From Macrostomum hystrix (Eukaryota > Animalia > Platyhelminthes), in assembly GCA_950097015.1 (NCBI GenBank), contig CATNEN010000024.1, positions 434,001 through 498,000 on the forward strand: 64,000 bases of DNA, written 5' to 3'. The notes beneath the pieces were generated by a model. The model saw only the letters and a program-made list of their open reading frames with translations. It did not search any database and was not told the origin of the DNA. This document shows positions 24,830 through 35,681 of this stretch, piece by piece. The number at the start of each line of letters is the position of its first letter. Position 1 is the stretch's first letter. Both the position numbers and the translations under genes were made by a program.

Positions 24830-25598
24830 AACAGATCAGTCTCGTGTCTGACAGATCAGTCTCGTGTCTGACAGATCAGTCTCGTGTCTGACAGATCAGT
24901 CTCGTGTCTGACAGATCAGTGCGCCGTGTCTGACAGATCAGTGCGCCGTGTTTGACAGATCAGTCTCGTGTCTGACAGATCAGTCTCGTGTCTGACAGAT
25001 CAGTCTCGTGTTTGACAGATCAGTGCGTCGTGTCTGACAGATCAGTCTCGTGTCTGACAGATCAGTCTCGTGTCTGACAGATCAGTCTCGTGTTTGACAG
25101 ATCAGTGCGTCGTGTCTGACAGATCAGTCTCGTGTCTGACAGATCAGTCTCGTGTCTGACAGATCAGTCTCGTGTCTGACAGATCAGTCTCGTGTCTGAC
25201 AGATCAGTCTCGTGTCTGACAGATCAGTCTCGTGTCTGACAGATCAGTCTCGTGTCTGACAGATCAGTCTCGTGTCTGACAGATCAGTGCGTCGTGTCTG
25301 ACAGATCAGTCTCGTGTCTGATAGATCAGTCTCGTGTCTGACAGATCAGTCTCGTGTCTGACAGATCAGTCTGGTGTCTGACAGATCAGTCTCGTGTCTG
25401 ACAGATCAGTCTCGTGTCTGACAGATCAGTCTCGTGTCTGACAGATCAGTCTCGTGTCTGACAGATCAGTCTCGCGTCTGACAGATCAGTCTCGTGTCCG
25501 ACAGATCAGTGCGCCGTGTTTGACAGATCAGTCTCGTGTCTGACAGATCAGTCTCGTGTCTGACAGATCAGTCTCGTGTCTGATAGATCAGTCTCGTG
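24830..25598. repeat. 20-bp minisatellite CAGATCAGTCTCGTGTCTGA
   Basis: Continuous tandem array. Confidence 0.97.
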
Positions 25599-26134
25599 TA
25601 TTTATATCATAGCATAGTTTAGCATCCTATATACTAAAAATGAATATATTACTGAAAGCAGTGAGTGATTGTTCGACTAGTTTATAAAAAATAAAGATGA
25701 AGTGTTGTTATACTGTTTGTTGTGCTGCGAAGGTAGCTAGGATGGTAAATTATTTTGTAATGCATTAGGTTCGAAAAATATATTTAGTGCACTGTTTTCA
25801 AAGTAAATAACTGATTGGGATTGCTAAAAAAACTATAAAAATGACTTACGTAGCTCGTAGCCTATAATTAATTATAAAGATTAAGCAAACAGGAAGCAAA
25901 AAATGAGAGAAGGAAACTAGTGCAATAGTGTGAATTCATGTCAAGTGAATGTCACACTCAGATTTGTATAAAACATGAGAAAATTGTACGACTGTTTTGT
26001 AAACATAGATAAAAAAGCATATCAACGTGAAAATTGAAAATGCGCCGAACAGTTTACTTAAACACTCTTGGATTGGGAAGGAAAGCCAGAGGCAAATATG
26101 GACAAAATGATGGGACAGAATACGAGTGCAAGAA

Positions 26135-27442
26135 TAGGGAGAAAGAGGAGGAGAAAGGAGCAGAAAGAAAGGGAGAAAAGTGGGAGAAAGGGGCAGAAAG
26201 AAAGAGAGAAAGAGGAGGGAGAAAGGGGCAGCAAGAAAAGGAGAAAGAGGAGGGAGAAAGGGGCAGAAAGAAAGGGAGAAAAGTGGGAGAAAGGGGCAGA
26301 AAGAAAGAGAGAAAGAGGAGGGAGAAAGGGGCAGAAAGAAAGAGAGAAAGAGGAGGGAGAAAGGGGCAGAAAGAAAGGGAGAAAGAGGAGGGAGAAAGGG
26401 GCAGAAAGAAAGAGAGAAAGAGGAGGCAGAAAGGGGCAGAAAGAAAAGAAGAAAGAGGAGGGAGAAAGGAGCAGAAAGCAAGAGAGAAAGAGGAGGGAGA
26501 AAGGGGCAGAAAGAAAGAGAGAAAGAGGGGGGAGAAAGGAGCAGAAAGCAAGAGAGAAAGAGGAGGGAGAAAGGGGCAGAAAGAAAGAGAGAAAGAGGAG
26601 GGAGAAAGGGGCAGAAAGAAAGAGAGAAAGAGGAGGGAGAAAGGGGCAGAAAGAAAGGGAGAAAGAGGAGGGAGAAAGGGGCAGAAAGAAAGGGAGAAAG
26701 AGGAGGGAGAAAGGAGCAGAAAGCAAGAGAGAAAGAGGAGGGAGAAAGGGGCAGAAAGAAAGAGAGAAAGAGGAGGGAGAAAGGAGCAGAAAGCAAGAGA
26801 GAAAGAGGAGGGAGAAAGGGGCAGAAAGAAAGAGAGAAAGAGGAGGGAGAAAGGGGCAGAAAGAAAGAGAGAAAGAGGAGGGAGAAAGGGGCAGAAAGAA
26901 AGGGAGAAAGAGGAGGGAGAAAGGGGCAGAAAGAAAGAGAGAAAGAGGAGGCAGAAAGGGGCAGAAAGAAAAGAAGAAAGAGGAGGGAGAAAGGAGCAGA
27001 AAGCAAGAGAGAAAGAGGAGGGAGAAAGGGGCAGAAAGAAAGAGAGAAAGAGGGGGGAGAAAGGAGCAGAAAGCAAGAGAGAAAGAGGAGGGAGAAAGGG
27101 GCAGAAAGAAAGAGAGAAAGAGGAGGGAGAAAGGGGCAGAAAGAAAGAGAGAAAGAGGAGGGAGAAAGGGGCAGAAAGAAAGGGAGAAAGAGGAGGGAGA
27201 AAGGGGCAGAAAGAAAGGGAGAAAGAGGGGGGAGAAAGGAGCAGAAAGCAAGAGAGAAAGAGGAGGGAGAAAGGGGCAGAAAGAAAGAGAGAAAGAGGAG
27301 GGAGAAAGGGGCAGAAAGAAAGAGAGAAAGGAGGCAGAAAGAAAGAGAGAAAGAGGAGGCAGAAAGGGGCAGAAAGAAAGGGAGAAAGAGGAGGGAGAAA
27401 GGGGCAGAAAGAAAGAGAGAAAGGAGGCAGAAAGAAAGGGAG
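26135..27442. repeat. 35-bp purine-rich minisatellite GAGGGAGAAAGGGGCAGAAAGAAAGAGAGAAAGAG
   Basis: Tandem copies; source of the spurious K/E/R/G-rich ORFs. Confidence 0.95.
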
Positions 27443-27640
27443 AATTAGTAAAAAAATAACTCGAAAATGGTTGATACAGAGAGCTGCAGCAGCGAAATGA
27501 TGAGATGGGAAGAGTGAATGCTAATGCAATATAAATCAGATGGGAGATGCAGAATGGGAAAGACTTAAAAGCACCGGCTAGTTGTACTCACATAAATTGA
27601 TACTGGCAGACAGCCAGCAGACAATGTCAACGAATTCTCA

Positions 27641-30600
27641 TTAAAATTCAGCCGTCAGGCGGTCGAAGCCAGCCGGGCCGTCTGGCACAACGGCCAACGG
27701 CTCAGCTAGCAGGGTCTGGATGCCAATGGCTTCGGTGACGCGGACGGCAACGAACTGGCCGATGCCACCGGGTCCCGTTGGCAGCTTCGGCATCAGCACC
27801 AGTTTTCCCTGGTCGTTGCGACCGCTCCAGAATTTGTCCGACTCTCGGCGACTGTCGCCATCGATGAGAACCAGCTGCTGCTGGCCGACTGCGAGCCGGT
27901 TGTCGGCTATAGCGATTTCCTCGAACACCTGACGCACCTCGTTTGTGCGGCGCCTCTGGATAAATGATAAATGGTCCAGCTGGAGAGACTTTGCTTATTC
28001 TTCCGCATCCCTCACTTCATCGACTCTATGAAGTCGTCGACATCTGTCTTTCTCCACTCTCCCGTTTTTCTACCATCTACTCTTTCAACCCTTCTTTCTA
28101 CCCTCTCTCACCCCACTCCTCATTCTCTTCTCTCCCCTCTCCCCCTCACTTCTCATTCTCTTCTCTCCCCTCTTCCCCTCACTTCTCATTCTCTTCTCTC
28201 CCCTCTCCCCCTCACTTCTCATTCTCTTCTCTCCCCTCTTCCCCTCACTTCTCATTCTCTTCTCTCCCCTCTTCCCCTCACTTCTCATTCTCTTTTCACT
28301 CCTCTTACCTTACTGTCTATTCTCAATCTCCTCTATCCCTTCTCCCACTTTTCTCCCCATTCTGTTCTCCCACTTTTCTCCTAGCTCTCCCTTCTTCTAA
28401 CTTTCTCCCCATTCTACTCTCCCTCCCCTTTATCACCTTACTCTTCTCTTTCATCCTTCTTTTATCTCTAACTATCGATACCACTCTCTCTCGGATTTTC
28501 CCAGAACCTTTATCTTTAGGGCGGATAGCTCAGTCAGTAAGGTGTCGGACTCTGGATCAGATGGTCCTGGGTTCGACTCCCGACCTAGTCTAGAACTATT
28601 CGTGCAGCCTTTGGCAAGCTGCTTTGCCCTAATGTGCACACAGTCTACTCAGCTGCAAATGAGTACCGACATTTCGTCGGGTAATAATAATTCCGGCTGG
28701 CGTGGAATAAAGCAGTTCTGTCCGGCAATTCTGTGGGGTTTGGATGCTGCCGATATGTTTGGAAAAAATAAATTCCATTGCTGACACGCGGCTGTCAACC
28801 GGTGTCCGAGAGAGCCGGGGAGTACAATAGGTGTGCAGTCCCCACCTGCTAGTGTGCCTGACACACAACACCTGCACTGGCCCTTGGGTCTAGTGTCAAT
28901 TATTATATTATTATATTTATCTTTGGCCCTTGTACGGCACTCGGACACGCACCTTGACATCAGGGGGCACATCGTCGGCTAGGAGTCGCTGAGCCCTGGT
29001 CCTCTGCCGCTCACTGTAGCTGAAATAGAACACAAAGCTGTAGCGCACCAGCCTTAGCAGGCTGAGGGTGTCCGAGTGCTCAGCGTCTGTCTCGCCGCAG
29101 AAGCCGCTAATGATGTCGGTTGTAATGGCCAGCTTTGGCACTGCGGCTCTGGCGTCTTCTACCAGCTTTAGATAGGCCTCCCTGAAAATACGAGGTGATG
29201 AAAATACTAATTCAATCCTATTTAGAAAGGAAAATAAAGGAAAAGAGAAAGAGGGAAAGAAGGGAAGAGGGAAAGCGTAGAAGAGAGAAAGACGCGAAGA
29301 GGGGAAGAGTGGAAAAGGGGAAGAGGGAAAGAGGGAAAGAGGGAAAGTTGGGAAGAGGGGAAGAGGGAAAGAGAGAAAGAGGGGACGAGAAAAAGACGCG
29401 AAGAGGGGAAGAGTGGAAGAGTGGAAGAGGGGAAGAGAGAAAGAGGGGAAGATGGGAAGGGTAGAAAAGGGGAAGAGGGGAAGAGGGAAAGTGGGGAAGA
29501 GGGAAAGAGGGAAAGAGAGAAAGAGGGAAGAGTGGAAAAGGGTAAGAGAGAAAGACGCGAAGAGGGGAAGAGTGGAAGTCGGGAAGTTGGGAAGAGGGGG
29601 AAAACAGAAAGATGGAAAGAGGGGAAGAGTGGAAAAGGGGAACAGGGGAAGAAGGTAAAGAGAGAAAGACGGGAAGAGAGGAAGAGTGAAAAAAGGAAGA
29701 GAGAAAGACGGGAAGAGAGGAAGAGTGAAAAAAGGAAAAAGGAAAGGGGCGAAGAGGGGAAGTGGGGAAGACAAAAAGATGGAAAGAGGGGAAGAGTAGA
29801 CAAGGAGAAGAGGGGAAGAGGGTAAGAGAGAAAGACGGGAAGAGAGGAAGAGTGAAAAAAGGAAGAGAGAAAGACGGGAAGAGAGGAAGAGTGAAAAAAG
29901 GAAGAGAGAAAGACGGGAAGAGAGGAAAAGTGGAAGGGTGGAAGAGGGAAGGAGGGGAAATACTAAAAGGAGATGGTATAATTTCTCCAGCAAGCTACCT
30001 AGTGTAGTGTCTGCGCATTCTATCCAGCACGGCAGTGGAGCCGCTCTGGGCCGGCAGGTGCAACCGTTTAGCCAAATTCGCCCGCTCGCTAATGAGTCGC
30101 AGCAGAGCCGGCGGGAAGTCTTTCGGATGGGGCGAAGTGAAACGGAATCTGCAGTCGGGGTGCCTAGAGCTCAGCCTGTCCAGCAGGTCGGCGAAGCGCA
30201 GGCCGCCCTGACGCTCGGCATAATTAGCCGAGAAGCCGGGAGTGCGGCCGCAGACAGCTGACTGGGCGTCACCTACCGCGCCAGTCAGGTCTCGATAGCT
30301 GTTTACATTCTGGCCTAGGAGGGTGATCTCGCGAACACCCTGATCAACTAGCCGGCTGACCTGATCAGCCACCGCCTCGGCTGGCGTTGAGCGCTCGCGG
30401 CCGCGGGTCTGCGGCACAATGCAGAAGGCGCAGTGATTGTCACAGCCGCGCATAATTGAGACGAATGCGGCCACGGAATTCGGCTGCATCCGAATCGGAT
30501 TCAGGTCGGCGTAGGTCTCCTCCAATGAGAGCTGGGTGTTGGCTGGGGCGGGCGGTTGGCAACTGGCTGGCATCGGTATCTGACTGAGATATCTGACACC

Positions 30601-32237
30601 CTACTGAGATGTCTGACACCATACTGAGATATCTGACACCCTACTGAGAAACCTCACACCCTACTGAAATGAAATATGAAATATCGACACCCTACTGAGA
30701 TGTCTGACACCCTACTGAGATGTCTGACACCCTACTGAGATGTCTGACACCCTACTGAGATATCTGACACCCTACTGAGCAACCCCACACCCTACTGAGC
30801 AACCCCACACCCTACTGAGCAACCCCACACCCTACTGAGCAACCCCACACCCTACTGAGCAACCCCACACCCTACTGAGCAACCCCACACCCTACTGAGT
30901 AACCCCACACCCTACTGAGCAACCCCACACCCTACTGAGCAACCCCACACCCTACTGAGCAACCCCACACCCTACTGAGCAACCCCACACCCTACTGAGC
31001 AACCCCAAACCCTACTGAGCAACCCCACACCCTACTGAGCAACCCCACACCCTACTGAGCAACCCCACACCCTACTGAGCAACCCCACACCCTACTGAGC
31101 AACCCCACACGCTACTGAGCAACCCCACACCCAGATACAGTTTGTCAACCAATAGACTCACCACCCCGGTATCCGCAGTCAGCATCAGCCAGCAGTCTTG
31201 GCAGGTCTCTATACGCGTCCGGGCCGCAGATAACTCGAACTACTGGCGACTCGTCGAACAGCTTCGACTTCAAGCGCTCCGCCATGCAGCCTTGAGGTGC
31301 GAAGGTTGAGAGAAAGTACAAATAAAGTACTCTCCGTATGTACATGTCTGCATATTGCAGGTGCATTGGCTCACAGGCTTACCCAAGACGCCAACAGTAG
31401 GCAGTCTACCGCTAGTCGGCCGTTTCTGATTGGCCAGCCAGCGAAGCCTGTCGCGGATTTTTTTCTCCGCACCCTCCCTAATAGCACAGGTCATTATGAG
31501 GTAGACATCTGCCTGTCAATCCGGAATTGAAATACTGTGATTCAATGGATGCCAGTGTTAACAGAGGGGTATTTTAAACACCCACACTTTTTTCTAAATA
31601 TCCTAAAATGTTTAACAAACCGCTCTATCCGATTCAAGAACTTCCAGAATCAGCAAACATTGGCATCGTCGAGATATTCAATGATTCTAACATTCGTAAA
31701 GGGCCTTCAATCGTAAAGGGCGGAAAATTTTGATTCAGATGGTGGACTTTCACGAAAATCGGTCATTCAGCATCGGGTATTTGAAATTCTACTGTTAGAA
31801 CTAATAGGGAGATAAGTAGAAAAAAACGGTGTTTACATCACCCCCGGTTGGCACAATGTTGTAGCCAGATTTGGCAAGAATCGACGCAACTATCTCAGTG
31901 TCGGACACATTCATCTGGCAGCCCCGCGTCTCGATAAACACTGCGGACGGCGCGATAGGGGGGGCGGGCGTCGGTAACCGATTTTGATGCACTTGCTATA
32001 GGCAGAAGCATGCGAAGATACCCTACCCGACTTTCCAGCACCAGCGATTGAATTCTGCGGCTCCGGCGACGACCGATGAGGCGATTCAGATCCAGCAAAC
32101 AAGAACTGATGCAAACCAGGGCTCCGCTGCAACAGCTCCCTGGCCTTGGCCTTGCGAGCGTCGGCAGCTGACTGCGACCGGCTGCACAAGCTGCGCCGTG
32201 CCGCCGCGTGCCGGAAAATTCCTAGTAACGAGGCGCG
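27641..32237 (-). CDS. CDK5RAP1: Mitochondrial tRNA methylthiotransferase (MiaB family radical SAM enzyme)
   Basis: Exons 32027-32237, 31837-31940, 31383-31512, 31162-31290, about 29999-30542, 28953-29181 and 27641-27955, with consistent GT-AG phases. Motifs: [57 protein letters not shown] (CxxxCxxC), [25 protein letters not shown] and a C-terminal TRAM-like region. No in-frame ATG found (see findings). Confidence 0.93.
28085..28290. repeat. 33-bp pyrimidine-rich minisatellite
   Basis: CTCATTCTCTTCTCTCCCCTCT(C/T)CCCCTCACTT tandem copies. Confidence 0.85.
28519..28920 (+). mobile_element. tRNA-derived SINE (subfamily B)
   Basis: A-box TAGCTCAGTCAG, B-box GGTTCGACTCC, body CCTTTGGCAAG..CAGCTGCAAATGAGTACC and a (TTA)-rich tail; no proper cloverleaf; antisense within a CDK5RAP1 intron. 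Confidence 0.75.
29225..29960. repeat. Degenerate purine-rich low-complexity tract
   Basis: GGGAAGAG/GAAAAG-type units filling the intron. Confidence 0.85.
30575..31132. repeat. 20-bp minisatellite CCCTACTGAG(ATGTCTGACA/CAACCCCACA)
   Basis: Tandem copies of two monomer types. Confidence 0.95.
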
Positions 32238-32339
32238 CTGTAATTCAAGTAGAAAAATCTGCGTGAATTACTTGCCTGCGTGTTTCGTTTGAGACTACTT
32301 ACAGTCGCGTGCTTGGAAAGTAGTGTGTTCCCCTTCGCA

Positions 32340-33825
32340 CTTCATTGACTTGGAATCTTCCCAATCTGTGAACTTCACAAACCTGGAATCTTCCCAATCT
32401 TTAAACTTCACAAACCTGGAATCTTCCCAATCTTTGAGCCTCATAAAACTGCCATCTTCCCAATCTTTGAGCCCCATAAAAACTGGAATCTTCTCAATCT
32501 TTGAGCCTCAAAAAAACTGGAATCTTCCCAATCTTTGAGCCCCATAAAAACTGGAATCTTCCCAATCTTTGAGTCTCATAAAAACTGGAATCTTCCCTAT
32601 CTTTGAGTCTCATAAAAACTGGAATCTTCCCTATCTTTGAGTCTCATAAAAACTGGAATCTTCCAAATCTTTGAGCCCCATAAAAACTGGAATCTTCCCA
32701 ATCTTTGAGCCCCATAAAAACTGGAATCTTCCCAATCTTTGAGCCTTATAAAAACTGGAATCTTCTTAATCTTTGAGCCCCATAAAAACTGGAATCTTCC
32801 CAATCTTTGAGTCTCATAAAAAATGGAATCTTCCAAATCTTTGAGCCCCATTAAAACTGGAATCTTCCCAATCTTTGAGCCCCATAAAAACTGGAATCTT
32901 CCAAATCTTTGAGTCTCATAAAAACTGGAATCTTCCCAATCTTTGAGCCCCATAAAAAATGGAATCTTCCCAATCTTTGAGCCCCATTAAAACTGGAATC
33001 TTCCCAATCTTTGAGCCCCATAAAAACTGGAATCTTCCCTATCTTTGAGTCTCATAAAAACTGGAATCTTCCCAATCTTTGAGCCCCATAAAAACTGGAA
33101 TCTTCCCAATCTTTGAGCCTCATAAAAACTGGAATCTTCCCAATCTTTGAGCCTTATAAAAACTGGAATCTTCCCTATCTTTGAGCCTTATAAAAACTGG
33201 GATCTTCCCAATCTTTGAGCCTTATAAAAACTGCCATCTTCCCAATCTTTGAGCCTCATAAAAACTGGAATCTTCCCTATCTTTGAGTCTCATAAAAACT
33301 GGAATCTTCCCAATCTTTGAGCCCCATAAAAACTGGAATCTTCCCAATCTTTGAGCCTTATAAAAACTGGAATCTTCCCAATCTTTGAGCCTTATAAAAA
33401 CTGCCATCTTCCCAATCTTTGAGCCCCATTAAAACTGGAATCTTCCCAATCTTTGAGCCTCATAAAAACTGGAATCTTCCCAATCTTTGAGCCCCATAAA
33501 AACTGGAATCTTCCCAATCTTTGAGTCTCATAAAAACTGGAATCTTCCCAATCTTTGAGCCCCATAAAAACTGGAATCTTCCCAATCTTTGAGCCTCATA
33601 AAAACTGGAATCTTCCCAATCTTTGAGCCCCATAAAAACAAGAATCTTCCCAATCTTTGAGTCTCATAAAAACAGGAATCTTCCCAATCTTTGAGCCCCA
33701 TAAAAACTGGAATCTTCTCAATCTTTGAGCCCCATAAAAACTGGAATCTTCCCAATCTTTGAGCCTCATAAAAACTGGAATCTTCCCAATCTTTGAGCCC
33801 CATAAAAACTGGAATGTTCCCAAAC
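32340..33825. repeat. 34-bp minisatellite AATCTTCCCAATCTTTGAGCCCCATAAAAACTGG
   Basis: Continuous tandem array, about 43 copies. Confidence 0.97.
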
Positions 33826-34313
33826 TTTGCACTTTAGGCCTGAAGTTTATGAAACAGGATTTTTAAGGTTTTTTCAAAACTTTCAGTTCTTTTCGATTTA
33901 GTTTAATTTTTTATAAAAAGGATAATTAACAAGCAGGGATAACGTTCGTGCAGACATAGATAAAATATTCATAAAAATGACAGCTGTATGACGATCAATT
34001 TATTTTGTTAATACGGATACACATTTTTAATACACAAAATCATTGAGTAAATGACAAGGATAGGACAATGCAAAACTGTGTGTTTAGTTATTGTGTTGCA
34101 TTTTCATCAAATCCAAACGGGACCTTCCTAAAACTGCCGCTTCTATGTCCGAATCAGTTTTGTTAAAGTTTAGACAGGCGGACAAAACTGTGTACACTAG
34201 AAAACAGAGACAATGAGACAGCTGTGCAATGGCCGATAGTGACAAGCAGCGCTGGGCAGATTCTTTGCGGCACATACTACTGCTCTAATTAAAGTAAGTA
34301 GTAGCATAAATCA

Positions 34314-34634
34314 GAGGTTGTAGCCTAGAGGTTAGGGCGTCGGACTCACGACTGGAAGGTCGGGGGTTCGATTCCCGACTCTACTGGAACAATTTGTGTC
34401 CTTTAGCAAGACACTTAACTCTGCATTGCTTCAGTTCACCCAGCTGTTAAATGGGTACCAGCATTAGCTGGGATAATTGAAGGTGGGTGTGGCGTCCCCC
34501 CAGTCCATGGACTGAACAGCTGTACGCAGCCTTCAGATGCGCCGCGCATTAGCTGCGGCTGTGCTGTCGGCTGCACATGTGACCCAATTGGGGCAGGTGT
34601 AATCAATTATTAATTAATTAATTATTATTATTAT
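34314..34634 (+). mobile_element. Full-length tRNA-derived SINE (subfamily A) with target-site duplication
   Basis: A-box TAGCCTAGAGG, B-box GGTTCGATTCC, CORE-like body GTGTCCTTTAGCAAGACACTTAAC..CAGCTGTTAAATGGGTACC and (ATT)n tail; flanked by TAGCATAAATCA at 34302-34313 and 34635-34646. Confidence 0.88.
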
Positions 34635-35681
34635 TAGCATAAATCAACAATCACTGTTCTTTTTAAATAGCTTGTTAATTAGTTGTTAAAATACACACGC
34701 AGGGGTAAAATTATAGGGAGTGAGACTTATTAGGCAAAATGCTCGGCTGGCTTCAGTACTGTACGCATCCTTTCATTGCCTATCAGTAGAGCTTGCGTAC
34801 GATAAAAAAGCTCGCAAATAACGCACACGCACATTTATTCTACTTGTGAGTAGAGAAAACGAAATTGTGCCATAAAAAAGAATAGACAAACTTATAGGCG
34901 AAAGTCTAGTTTTAGGCAATGTGTAAGAACAGGAGAGAGAGAGAGAGAGAACCCGGATGTGCCCCACAACAGGAAAATAGTATCGTGCAGTAATGTTAGT
35001 AAGCATGAATTTTTGTTAAATAACTCAATGTATTCTAGACTGTAAAAAATGACAGCCGAAAACTTGCACAACGATTTATGACTTGAATAGGCTTTCGAAC
35101 ATAAAATATCAAAATAGGTTAATTTATACTCAGGTTTGCAAACGCATTGCATGCACTGTTATAATAGTTCTACATTAAATATATATATTCAAAGGTATAC
35201 GAGATATAAGACAAATTAAATTTACATTTTAAAACTGGCGCAACAACGAACGGAAAGCCGGTAGAAGAGAACCAAACAAACAAACAAACAAACAAACAAA
35301 CAACTTGTAAAAATTTCCCGATAGTTCTTGAAAAAAAAACACTAAAATGTTAATTATAAAAAATAGAACAAATAAAGATACACCTAGCGTAGGCGGCGGG
35401 TAGAGGGCAAAAGACGGTAAAGAAAAGGTCATTAGACGCACCAGAATGAATAGTGCCAAACGCCGACACGATACGGTTTGCAGCCATTTTATTGTTTAGC
35501 AGTTATTTTAAAAAACTCACACAAAAAATCACCTCCAGAGACTTTGTCTAGTGCCATAGTGGCGTACTCATAGTAAGTCAATTGAAAGCGGAGTCAGGCT
35601 ACACTATTGGCAAAAAATGAAACAGGACGAACAAGCACACAACAGGAGGATATAAATCAATGGAAATACACTTTCTAGCTG

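Noticed and set aside
28519-28590. tRNA-like heads at 28519, 34314 and 56020 as tRNA genes
   Set aside because: No proper acceptor or anticodon stems; followed by a SINE body and tail.
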